A program made the position numbers and the translations under genes. A DNA stretch of 39,380 bases from positions 1 through 39,380 of the forward strand of contig CAYHST010000001.1 of NCBI GenBank assembly GCA_964359415.1. The letters run 5' to 3'. The first letter of the stretch is position 1, and every line of letters begins with the position of its first letter. Shown one piece after another: positions 32,248 through 39,380 of this stretch. The DNA comes from an uncultured Candidatus Saccharibacteria bacterium. GTDB taxonomy: Bacteria > Patescibacteriota > Minisyncoccia > Phycocordibacterales > UBA2100. The notes beneath the pieces are model-generated. The model was not told the origin of the DNA and did no database searches. It was given only the letters and a program-made list of their open reading frames with translations.

Positions 32248-32871
32248 TCATAACGCGTCAATATCTTTCTTGATTAATTCTTTCCATCGAGCAATATCGA
32301 TAATTGCAACAGATTCGGGGTGGTCCGCGACAAGCTCGCGAAGTCTTTTCGAGAAACGTGTCTGTATTTGGCCTGCTTTATTCACATAGCGTTTGGGATG
32401 CGAGACTATTTTGACTGTTGCCCCTTTGTTTAGGGCTTTTCTCATTAGACATTCGAAGTCTCCGTCCGCTGTGAATATCATAAGGTCGGTATTCCTGTTC
32501 ATGAGTTCCATGGCGTCTATCGTTAATTCAACGTCGCAGTTGGATTTTTTTCTATAGCCCATATCAATGACTTTCACGCCATCGGTATTACAGTTCGGGC
32601 ATTTATAGGGAATGGTCTTATCAGGATTTTTGTAGGCCATAATGGTTTTTGTTCGAACGACGCATCCATGGTCGTGATCGAGAGCCGCAAATCCTTCAGC
32701 GGTCGTCGTGTCTCCAATCTCAATGCCGGAGTAAAGATATATGCGGTCGCAGTTCCAACGCTTTTTATCTTTTAAGAGAGCGCATAATTTGGCCCAGTCG
32801 ATAACGAACCCGCACATTCTTTGCGTCGTGCTGGCGGTATTTTGCGCGTCAATGAAAGCGTATCGCTTCAT
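32248..32871 (-). CDS. NYN/LabA-like (PIN-related) domain protein with an inserted Zn-ribbon-like CxxC pair
   Basis: 207 aa with AFIDAQN at the N-terminus, CDVELTIDAM, IFTADGDF, and an inserted CPNC plus upstream HDHGC. Confidence 0.72.
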   Translation of the reverse strand: MKRYAFIDAQNTASTTQRMCGFVIDWAKLCALLKDKKRWNCDRIYLYSGIEIGDTTTAEGFAALDHDHGCVVRTKTIMAYKNPDKTIPYKCPNCNTDGVKVIDMGYRKKSNCDVELTIDAMELMNRNTDLMIFTADGDFECLMRKALNKGATVKIVSHPKRYVNKAGQIQTRFSKRLRELVADHPESVAIIDIARWKELIKKDIDAL

Positions 32872-32990
32872 AGTATGCGAACAATATCATGAAAAATGAG
32901 TCCACAGAAAAAGATGCCTCCTGCTTCCGCTGATACTGTAATCAGGATATGGGCGGATAAAAAGGGACATATTCCAACATGTTTCTCTCT

Positions 32991-33019
32991 TTGACATCTT
33001 CTCCGGCACTTGATAACGT
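32991..33019 (+). promoter_or_regulatory. promoter giving a leaderless thrA mRNA
   Basis: TTGACA (32991-32996), a 17-nt spacer, TAACGT (33014-33019), then 7 nt to the ATG at 33027. No SD motif. Confidence 0.5.
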
Positions 33020-33026
33020 CCACTAA

Positions 33027-35492
33027 ATGCAGGGCACAAAAATCCTAAAGTTCGGCGGCGCATCAATGAATACGCCGGAGACTATCAAACAAGTGCTAAA
33101 TATAGTGAAGAAATCTCGGAGAGATTCTCATGTCCCCGTGGTCGTCGTGTCGGCCATGCGCGAGGTAACAAACCAGTTAATTCAGGTCGCAGAACTGGCT
33201 TCCGGAAAGAAAGAATCGTACAAAAAACTTCTACAGAGCATTGAAAAGCGCCACAAAGATGCCATAAAATCACTTCTCGGAAAGAGGACACAACAAACAT
33301 CTCTCTTAAAAATCGAGACTTCGTTCGTCGAGCTGAAGCAGTCCGCGCATGAAGTATTTCTGGCTGGTGCGCTGAATGGGGACGCCAAGGACGAAATTAT
33401 GAGTTTTGGAGAACGCCTTTCTGCGCAAATGCTGGCAGATGTTTTGAATGACAGAAAGATACCGTCCGAATATCTGGACACGCGCTCCATCATCGTGACC
33501 GATAATAATTTCGGCGCGGCGGCAGTTGATTTCGAGAAAACAAATAGCAACATAAAAAAACATTTACAAACACACGCAAAATTCCAAATCGCAACGGGTT
33601 TCATCGCGGCGACTCGCGAAAAAGAAACAACTACAATCGGGCGCGGCGGGAGCGATTACACAGCCTGCATTTTCGGAGCAGCATTAAAAGGAAAAATCAT
33701 TGAAATGTGGGCAGGCGTCGACGGAGTCATGACAGCCAACCCGCGAAAAGTAAAAGACGCCCAGCTCATCCGTTCCCTGTCCTATGAAGAAGCGGCTGAA
33801 ATATCGTATTTTGGAGCGAAAGTTATTCATCCTGCAACCATGCGCCCCGCTTTTGAAAAGAATATTACTATCCACATTAAAAATATCTATGACCAGAAAG
33901 GGGCCGGCACTATCATAATCAGGAAACCAGCATCGGACGGCAACCTCATCAAGGGAATCTCGGCTGTAAGCGGTATTGCCATGCTTTCGCTTCGCGGCAT
34001 CGGAATGGCTGGCGCAACAGGAGTTTCCGGACGGTTATTCGGCGCGCTTGGCAGAGAAAAAATAAACGTGATACTCATCACGCAGGCATCATCGGAGCAT
34101 TCGATTTCCATCGCCGTGGCTTCATCGGACGCGGAGAGGGCAAAATCGGCAATCGAGAAAGAATTCGCGCCCGAACGCGCGGCACGCTCTATTGATGACG
34201 TGCTTATTGAACGGGAGCTTTCCATTATCGCGATAGTCGGCGAAGGCATGCGGCATCAACGCGGTCTTGCGGGACGCTTTTTTCAGACGCTTGGCAGGAA
34301 TGGAATCAATGTCGTCGCAATAGCGCAAGGTTCTTCCGAATTAAATGTGTCCGCGGTGATAAATCAATCGGAAGAAATAAAAGCTCTGAATGCGGTACAC
34401 GCGGCATTTTTCTCGCCAGAACAAAAAGTGATAAACATCTTTCTGGTGGGGGTCGGACTCATCGGCAGTACTCTTTTGGAGCAAATCCATGAACAGAAAG
34501 CTTCGCTGGCGCGCGAACACGGTTATGCTATCCGCCTCGCGGGAGTCGCGAATACGCGCGCTTTTGTTTGCTCTCCCGACGGTGTCGCGACCGGTTCTTG
34601 GCGCAAGACGCTGGAAAAGTCTCGGACAAAGATGAACATCAAAGATTTCGTTGAAACGATGAAGAAGATGGGATTGCCGGAAAGCGTATTCGTTGATTGC
34701 ACGGCGAGCGAGGATGTGGCTTCTTGCTATTCAGATGTGCTTCGCGCTGGAATATCAGTCGTCACGCCGAATAAGCGTGCGAACTCCGGTACATACGAAC
34801 AGTACATGGAAATGAAACGGCGCGCGCTGAAGCACGGAGTGAAATTCTTGTACGAAACGAATGTCGGAGCTGGATTGCCGGTCATCAGCACGCTCAACGA
34901 CCTCCGGCTTTCGGGAGACAAGATTATAAAAATTGAGGCGGTACTTTCCGGTACGTTAAGCTACATTTTTAATCATTATTCCGGCGACAAGAGCTTCAGC
35001 GAAATTGTTGTGAAAGCGCGCGAGCTCGGATACACGGAGCCGGACCCGCGAAGCGATCTAGACGGCATGGATGTCGCGCGGAAAATATTGATATTGGCAA
35101 GAGAAGCCGGATTCCCTCTTGAACTTAAAGATGTCAAAGTTAAGGGACTGTTAAATCCAAAATTGCAAAAAGCGAAATCTATCGATGACTTTTTCATCAA
35201 ACTCAAAAAGGAAGATTCTGCATTTGAAAAGAAAATGCTAGCCGCTGAAAACAATGGCCAGGTTTTGCGATTCATAGCAACGCTTGAAAAGGGTAAAGCA
35301 ACTGTATCTTTGCAGGCGGTCGGAAAAACACATCCGTTCTATTCCCTTTCAGGCAACGACAACGTCATAGCGTTCACCACAAAGCGATACAGCACAACGC
35401 CAATCGTCATCAAAGGCCCCGGCGCCGGAGCAAAGGTAACTGCCGCCGGAGTCTTCGCGGATATTCTCCGCATTCCTTCGCGCGTTGCTTAA
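33027..35492 (+). CDS. thrA: bifunctional aspartokinase / homoserine dehydrogenase
   Basis: 821 aa with an N-terminal amino-acid kinase domain (ILKFGGASM), tandem ACT regions and a C-terminal homoserine dehydrogenase (LVGVGLIGSTLL, GTLSYIFN, GYTEPDPRSDL). Confidence 0.93.
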   Translation: MQGTKILKFGGASMNTPETIKQVLNIVKKSRRDSHVPVVVVSAMREVTNQLIQVAELASGKKESYKKLLQSIEKRHKDAIKSLLGKRTQQTSLLKIETSFVELKQSAHEVFLAGALNGDAKDEIMSFGERLSAQMLADVLNDRKIPSEYLDTRSIIVTDNNFGAAAVDFEKTNSNIKKHLQTHAKFQIATGFIAATREKETTTIGRGGSDYTACIFGAALKGKIIEMWAGVDGVMTANPRKVKDAQLIRSLSYEEAAEISYFGAKVIHPATMRPAFEKNITIHIKNIYDQKGAGTIIIRKPASDGNLIKGISAVSGIAMLSLRGIGMAGATGVSGRLFGALGREKINVILITQASSEHSISIAVASSDAERAKSAIEKEFAPERAARSIDDVLIERELSIIAIVGEGMRHQRGLAGRFFQTLGRNGINVVAIAQGSSELNVSAVINQSEEIKALNAVHAAFFSPEQKVINIFLVGVGLIGSTLLEQIHEQKASLAREHGYAIRLAGVANTRAFVCSPDGVATGSWRKTLEKSRTKMNIKDFVETMKKMGLPESVFVDCTASEDVASCYSDVLRAGISVVTPNKRANSGTYEQYMEMKRRALKHGVKFLYETNVGAGLPVISTLNDLRLSGDKIIKIEAVLSGTLSYIFNHYSGDKSFSEIVVKARELGYTEPDPRSDLDGMDVARKILILAREAGFPLELKDVKVKGLLNPKLQKAKSIDDFFIKLKKEDSAFEKKMLAAENNGQVLRFIATLEKGKATVSLQAVGKTHPFYSLSGNDNVIAFTTKRYSTTPIVIKGPGAGAKVTAAGVFADILRIPSRVA

Positions 35493-35523
35493 AGTTAGAA
35501 AGAGGATTGAGTTCCTAATGGTG

Positions 35524-35607
35524 TGCCGCGGGGGAGACTCGAACTCCCAATCCCTTGCGAGAACTAGCTCCTGAAGCTAGCGTGTCTACCAATTTCACCA
35601 CCGCGGC
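35524..35607 (-). tRNA. tRNA-Leu (anticodon CAG), class II long variable arm
   Basis: Hand fold: acceptor GCCGCGG/CCGCGGC, anticodon stem CTAGC/GCTAG with loop TTCAGGA, a long variable arm, T-arm GGGAG-TTCGAGT-CTCCC. CCA is not encoded. Confidence 0.9.
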
Positions 35608-35635
35608 ATTTAGCACGATGTAAATATACCAGTTT

Positions 35636-36340
35636 CTAAGTTTTTGGCAGGTATTTGTATCCTTCTGGCACAACGAGGCTCTTTTGATTTTCCCCGTCCC
35701 ACGCAATCTCGCCGCGGACAACCATGTTGGTTATCTTCGGCTGCCACTCGTGTTCTGCCGCGCGAACTGTCTTTTCTATATCATCGGCCGTTACTCCCTT
35801 TTGTAGCGGTATGCGATATTCGAAAAAAGCAGGGCCGCGGTCCAGTTCGTCGGTAACAAAGTGCATGGTAAATCCTAATTCGGTTATTTCTCCTGCATCT
35901 AACGCGGTTTTTACTGCTTCGTGAACGTGTTGTCCGTACATTCCGTGTCCGCCGAAGCGACCATCAAGCTGTGAAAGAAGCGCGGGGTGGATGTTGAACG
36001 TACGTTGCGGGTCCAGTCCTTTTACCTGCTTCAACCACCCGGAAAGAGCAGTCCAATCTATTCTGGTGTTTTGCAAAACACTGGAATAGTGCTCGGCATC
36101 ATATGGCCCGGGGAAAAATATAAATGGAACCCCGAGACGGTCCGCACGCTCGCGCACACCGCCATGCTCGTGGTTGGAAACGACAGCAACGACATCCGCA
36201 TCCAATTCGCTATGCTGGAGCGAATTGTCCCGAGCGGAGGCGAGGGATAGTCCATTTCGGCTAGCCGCGACAAGGTTCTCAAAACCGGAACCGCCGCCAT
36301 CTTTAGTTCCAGAAGCGAAGATTATGAGTTTTGGCTTCAT
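35636..36340 (-). CDS. purN: phosphoribosylglycinamide formyltransferase-like (formyl_trans_N family)
   Basis: 234 aa with IIFASGTKDGGGSGFENL, NIHPALL, and FTMHFVTDELDRGP (the catalytic Asp region). Confidence 0.8.
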   Translation of the reverse strand: MKPKLIIFASGTKDGGGSGFENLVAASRNGLSLASARDNSLQHSELDADVVAVVSNHEHGGVRERADRLGVPFIFFPGPYDAEHYSSVLQNTRIDWTALSGWLKQVKGLDPQRTFNIHPALLSQLDGRFGGHGMYGQHVHEAVKTALDAGEITELGFTMHFVTDELDRGPAFFEYRIPLQKGVTADDIEKTVRAAEHEWQPKITNMVVRGEIAWDGENQKSLVVPEGYKYLPKT

Positions 36341-36343
36341 GAG

Positions 36344-37642
36344 CTATTCCACCGCCTCCACAGACGCCCCGAGTTCTTGTAACCGTTCGTGCAGACGCTC
36401 GTACCCGCGGTTTATCGGGTACACGTTGCGAAGGATTGATTCCCCTTCCGCCGCAAGCATGCCTATCAAAATAATCGTCGCAGGGCGAAGCGCGGGCGGA
36501 GCTTCAATATCCGCCGCGTGGAGCGGTGTCGGGCCATCTATGAACACGCGGTGCGGGTCGGCAAGAAGCATATTCGCTCCGAGCTTTTTCATTTCCATGT
36601 AGTAAATCGCGCGGTTCTCGTAGACCCAATCGTGGATGAGCGTCCTCCCTTCTGCCTGCGTTGCGACAGGCACAAAGAACGGCAGGTTGTCTATGTTGAT
36701 GCCCGGATACGGGCGGGGCGCGATTTTCTCGGGCGGAGCAGTGAGCTTTGAGGGAAACATTGTTACATCAGCGAGAACCGTCCGGCCGTTGTCGGCGAGG
36801 TACTTCGCACCGTATTTGTACTTCTGACTCATTTGCCCGAGCGTTACGAGTTCCAATTCAAGAAAATCCATCGGACAGCGCTTTATCGTAAGTTCCGAGC
36901 CGGTCGTCGCCGCAAGTGAGATGAAGAACATGGATTCAATCGGGTCCTCGCTCGGATAAATGACCACATCTCTATCAATCTCATCAACACCGTAAACCGT
37001 GAGCGTGGAAGTTCCGATGCCCTCTACTTTCACTCCGCACACTTCCAGAAACGTGCAGAGGTCTTGCACCATGTAATTGGCGCTTGCGTATTTGATGATT
37101 GTTTTCCCGGGAATCTTCGCCGCCGCCATAAGGACGCTCTCCGTCCCCGTATCGCTGGATTCGTACATTGCAATTTCTCCGGATGTCTTCTCTTTTGAAT
37201 AGACCTTGTACATGCCGTCCGAGCCTTTCTGTATCTGAATTCCCAAAGCGCCGAGCGCCTGTATGTGAGGCATCATTGTCCTCCCGCCCAAATTGCATCC
37301 GCCGGGGAGCGGAAGTTCAAACGTTTCAAACAAGTGCGCGAGAGGTGCAGTAAAAAGCACGGTGCTTCTGGTCTTCCCCGCGGCTACTCTGTCCATCTTT
37401 TCAGGAGTAAGTATTTTCGAAGGATGTATTATTACGTCGCCATTACTCCACCAAACTTCAGCGCCAATACTTTTCAATACCTCTATTATGCGGTTAGCCT
37501 CTTCTATTTTCGGTACACGCTTTATCGTCGTCGTCCCGCGATTCAAGAGCGAAGCGGCGAGCAAGGCGACCGTTGCATTCTTTGAGATGTTCGTGGTAAC
37601 CGAACCCGAAAGCTTTTTACCGCCTGTGACTTTGTAGTTCAT
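36344..37642 (-). CDS. murA: UDP-N-acetylglucosamine 1-carboxyvinyltransferase
   Basis: 432 aa in the EPSP/MurA fold, with G(G)KKLSGSV, KNATVALLAASLL, and the active-site loop LPGGCNLGGR, which contains the catalytic Cys. Confidence 0.95.
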   Translation of the reverse strand: MNYKVTGGKKLSGSVTTNISKNATVALLAASLLNRGTTTIKRVPKIEEANRIIEVLKSIGAEVWWSNGDVIIHPSKILTPEKMDRVAAGKTRSTVLFTAPLAHLFETFELPLPGGCNLGGRTMMPHIQALGALGIQIQKGSDGMYKVYSKEKTSGEIAMYESSDTGTESVLMAAAKIPGKTIIKYASANYMVQDLCTFLEVCGVKVEGIGTSTLTVYGVDEIDRDVVIYPSEDPIESMFFISLAATTGSELTIKRCPMDFLELELVTLGQMSQKYKYGAKYLADNGRTVLADVTMFPSKLTAPPEKIAPRPYPGINIDNLPFFVPVATQAEGRTLIHDWVYENRAIYYMEMKKLGANMLLADPHRVFIDGPTPLHAADIEAPPALRPATIILIGMLAAEGESILRNVYPINRGYERLHERLQELGASVEAVE

Positions 37643-37760
37643 CCCGTTAGAAGTAGGAAGCTCGCGCTTCCGACTTGAAAATTAGGGTTTGAATATATGC
37701 GACCGTGAGAAACATATGTGGAGTATAAACTACATCTGAACTTCCGCGACTTCTAACGGG
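37643..37760 (-). promoter_or_regulatory. long-hairpin leader element E abutting the murA start codon
   Basis: A perfect 12-bp outer helix pairs cccgttagaagt (37643-37654) with acttctaacggg (37749-37760). The inner hairpin is ggaagc-tcgc-gcttcc. CATAAT on the minus strand lies 12 nt upstream. The 3' arm ends at position -1 of the murA ATG. Confidence 0.45.
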
Positions 37761-37863
37761 ATTCACTCGGATATTATGCCCTACTTCGCCCTGACGGGCT
37801 ACGAAGGGCTACTTCGCTGGGGTGTCTGCACTTCGAAGCCCTCCTTTCTGGAGAGCGAAGTAG

Positions 37864-37935
37864 TGCGCGTACTTGGAATCGGACCAAGGACCTCGTCGTT
37901 ATCAGCGACGCGCTCTACCACTGAGCTACACGCGC
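37864..37935 (-). tRNA. tRNA-Ile (anticodon GAT) with a non-canonical T-loop
   Basis: Hand fold: acceptor GCGCGTG/TACGCGC (G7-U66 wobble), anticodon stem CGTCG/CGACG with loop CTGATAA, T-arm CTTGG-TCCGATT-CCAAG (C at position 55). Confidence 0.82.
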
Positions 37936-37997
37936 GTATGAGCGATAGTATCAAAAAATTCTCCTCCCTCCAACCACCTTGATATCACTACCAGAAG

Positions 37998-38069
37998 TCC
38001 GACGCTCACGCCTGCGCCGAGGTTTCGGCGGGCAGGTCGGCCGGACTCCGACCACTGCGTGCGTCGGAG
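37998..38069. other. GC-rich compound hairpins in the divergent tRNA-Ile / speH control region
   Basis: ctccgac-N10-gtcggag (38046-38069), plus an irregular long hairpin at 37998-38045 containing cgccga-ggtt-tcggcg. No coding potential. Confidence 0.3.
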
Positions 38070-38132
38070 TTATGCACAGTTTTCACAAAAGGTATATACA
38101 TTTGAAATCAAGTGTGTATTATAGCGTCAGTG

Positions 38133-38163
38133 CCGCAAAAAAGATTAGGAAACTTTTTTGCGG
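38133..38163 (+). promoter_or_regulatory. promoter-proximal 11-bp stem-loop in the speH leader
   Basis: ccgcaaaaaag-attaggaaa-cttttttgcgg. TATTAT (38117-38122) lies 10 nt upstream, and the ATG at 38197 lies 33 nt downstream. Confidence 0.4.
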
Positions 38164-38196
38164 ACATTGTCAGCTAATTAATTATGAACATCAAAG

Positions 38197-38598
38197 ATGG
38201 AAACAACACAGAAAGATTTGCGGGTGCGTGAGGAATACAAACTCATCGACGCTTGGGGTCTGCATGCCGGCATTGATTTGCACGGGTGCAATGCGGAAAC
38301 TATCCGCGATGCGGAAAAGATAAAACAGTTCGTCGTTGAATTGTGCGATAAAATCGGGATGAAGCGATTTGGTGAATGCACCGTCGTTAATTTCGGCGAA
38401 GATGAGCGCGTGGCGGGATTTTCAATGACTCAACTCATTGAAACGTCGCTTGTTTCGGGACACTTCGCGAACCAGACAAACACGGTGTACCTGGATGTTT
38501 TCTCCTGCAGGTACTACAATCCGTACGTAGCGGCCGATTTCGCAAAGGAATTCTTTGAGGCCAGTGACTACAACTTGCATTACAATCTGCGGAAGTAA
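38197..38598 (+). CDS. speH: pyruvoyl-dependent S-adenosylmethionine decarboxylase proenzyme (small bacterial/archaeal type)
   Basis: 133 aa with the self-cleavage region MTQLIETSLVSGH (E-S processing site) and YLDVFSC, typical of class 1 AdoMetDC. Confidence 0.8.
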   Translation: METTQKDLRVREEYKLIDAWGLHAGIDLHGCNAETIRDAEKIKQFVVELCDKIGMKRFGECTVVNFGEDERVAGFSMTQLIETSLVSGHFANQTNTVYLDVFSCRYYNPYVAADFAKEFFEASDYNLHYNLRK

Positions 38599-38634
38599 CC
38601 GCAAAACGCAAAAACGCTTCGGAGGCGGTTTTTT
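38597..38634 (+). terminator. intrinsic terminator after speH
   Basis: A GC stem (cgcttcggaggcg, or aaccgc...gcggtt) followed by TTTTTT (38629-38634). Confidence 0.5.
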
Positions 38635-38671
38635 GCTTGACAATAAATCGTACCAGAAGTAGTATTCGAGG

Positions 38672-38965
38672 ATGAATACCACACTCACTATAAAGACTCC
38701 CAAAAAGTTGCGCGACGACGCGAAGAAGACGGCGCAAGCGATGGGCGTGCCTCTCACTACGGTAATGAATTCAATGCTGAAACAGTTCGTACGCGACCGA
38801 AGGCTCGTGCTCGAAGCGGAATGTCCTTTTCCGAGCCATACGCCGAACGCGGAAACGCGGAAAGCAATTCAAGAACTTCAAGCGTATAAAGCCGGGAAGC
38901 GCGGAACAGTGAGGAGTTATGCGACTGCAAACGAAATGTTTGCAGACATTCTCGGAAGGAAGTGA
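38672..38965 (+). CDS. RelB/DinJ-family (ribbon-helix-helix) antitoxin
   Basis: 97 aa. TLTIKTPKKLRDDAKKTAQAMGVPLTTVMNSMLKQFV is an RHH pattern. It overlaps the downstream toxin by 4 nt. Confidence 0.7.
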   Translation: MNTTLTIKTPKKLRDDAKKTAQAMGVPLTTVMNSMLKQFVRDRRLVLEAECPFPSHTPNAETRKAIQELQAYKAGKRGTVRSYATANEMFADILGRK

Positions 38966-39246
38966 TAATTAAAGGCATGAGACGCGCTCTTCCGCTTGGC
39001 AAGTTCAGAAAGGATTTGAAGCGTATAGCCAATCGCGGCTGGAATATTGAAAAACTGAATGCGACAATTTTGCTGCTACAATCTGGCATCCAACTGCCGG
39101 ATAATGCGTATCCGCACAAACTGTCAGGCAAATACGAAGGCCTGTGGGAAGCCCATATCGGCTACAACTGGCTCTTGATTTACGATATTACCGACAAAGA
39201 AATCTTCCTCGTCCGTACGGGTTCGCACGCGGATTTGTTTGAATAG
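38962..39246 (+). CDS. YafQ/RelE-family mRNA interferase toxin
   Basis: 94 aa with FRKDLKR, HKLSGKYEGLWEAHI and LLIYDITDKEIFLVRTGSHADLF, the YafQ signature ending. Confidence 0.8.
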   Translation: MIIKGMRRALPLGKFRKDLKRIANRGWNIEKLNATILLLQSGIQLPDNAYPHKLSGKYEGLWEAHIGYNWLLIYDITDKEIFLVRTGSHADLFE

Positions 39247-39274
39247 AAAAACGGTACCTGAAAAACGGTACCTG
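39247..39274 (+). repeat. tandem 14-nt repeat (2 copies)
   Basis: aaaaacggtacctg repeated twice immediately after the toxin stop codon. Confidence 0.9.
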
Positions 39275-39284
39275 ACACCATTTA

Positions 39285-39380
39285 TCTCATATCAGCTACG
39301 ATTGGATTTTGATTTACGATATTACCGACAAAGAAATCTTCCTCGTCCGTACGGGTTCGCACGCGGATTTGTTTGAGTGA
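39285..39380 (+). pseudogene. 3' fragment of a second YafQ-like toxin gene
   Basis: 39309-39376 is 68/68 identical to 39175-39242. It encodes ..SHISYDWILIYDITDKEIFLVRTGSHADLFE*, has no start codon, and has an in-frame TGA at 39273. Confidence 0.65.

Noticed and set aside
17826-37982. ORFs overlapping tRNA genes: 17826-18101(-), 35515-35721(-), 37776-37982(+), and the N-terminal extension of 7562-8218.
   Set aside because: Each runs through a well-folded tRNA. For 7562-8218 an internal Met just after the tRNA gives a sensible TM-anchored N-terminus.
37998-38069. The GC-rich hairpins as SRP (4.5S) RNA.
   Set aside because: I could not find the conserved domain IV pattern (a GGAA-type tetraloop with flanking AGG/AGCA symmetric and asymmetric loops). 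The similarity is limited to a CAGGUC-like string.
1-39380. A search for canonical mobile-element or defence hallmarks: integrase, transposase, reverse transcriptase, Cas, restriction-modification and Abi genes.
   Set aside because: None of the ORF translations shows the corresponding catalytic motifs. The only mobile-like signals are the non-autonomous hairpin D, the repeat families and the toxin-antitoxin pairs.

Overview
A gene-dense 39.4-kb bacterial window with about 47 CDS, 4 tRNAs and 2 riboswitches; roughly 85% of the genes are on the minus strand. The content is mostly housekeeping: proA/proC; a cold-shock protein; a secreted subtilisin; a CBS-less IMPDH-family enzyme; pyrG; ftsE/ftsX; a shortened prfB; an FMN-riboswitch-controlled ribE-ribH-ribBA-ribD operon; murC/murD/murA; two aminotransferases; thrA (aspartokinase-homoserine dehydrogenase); purN; and a pyruvoyl AdoMet decarboxylase. 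There are two type II toxin-antitoxin pairs and a cobalamin-riboswitch operon encoding two DUF4430 (transcobalamin beta-domain-like) surface proteins. The code is standard, since RF2 is present and TGA is used as a stop. The compact layout, trimmed proteins and lack of Shine-Dalgarno motifs suggest a small-genome uncultivated bacterium (CPR/Patescibacteria-like), but that is inference only. I saw no integrase, transposase, CRISPR-Cas, reverse transcriptase or restriction enzyme. The main signals beyond ordinary annotation are these. (1) A paralogous family of promoter-proximal structured leaders lies upstream of pyrG, ftsX and ftsE and shows compensatory stem changes; looser relatives sit upstream of murC, murA and speH. 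(2) Leaderless, SD-less start sites are pervasive, including ATG codons 2-3 nt after tRNA 3' ends. (3) A roughly 27-nt palindromic repeat family brackets an ArsR-type regulator and a low-GC aminotransferase. (4) A low-GC islet next to tRNA-Gln carries a ParB/Srx-like ORF bracketed by perfect 28-bp direct repeats. (5) A riboswitch-controlled, transcobalamin-like B12 capture module is present.
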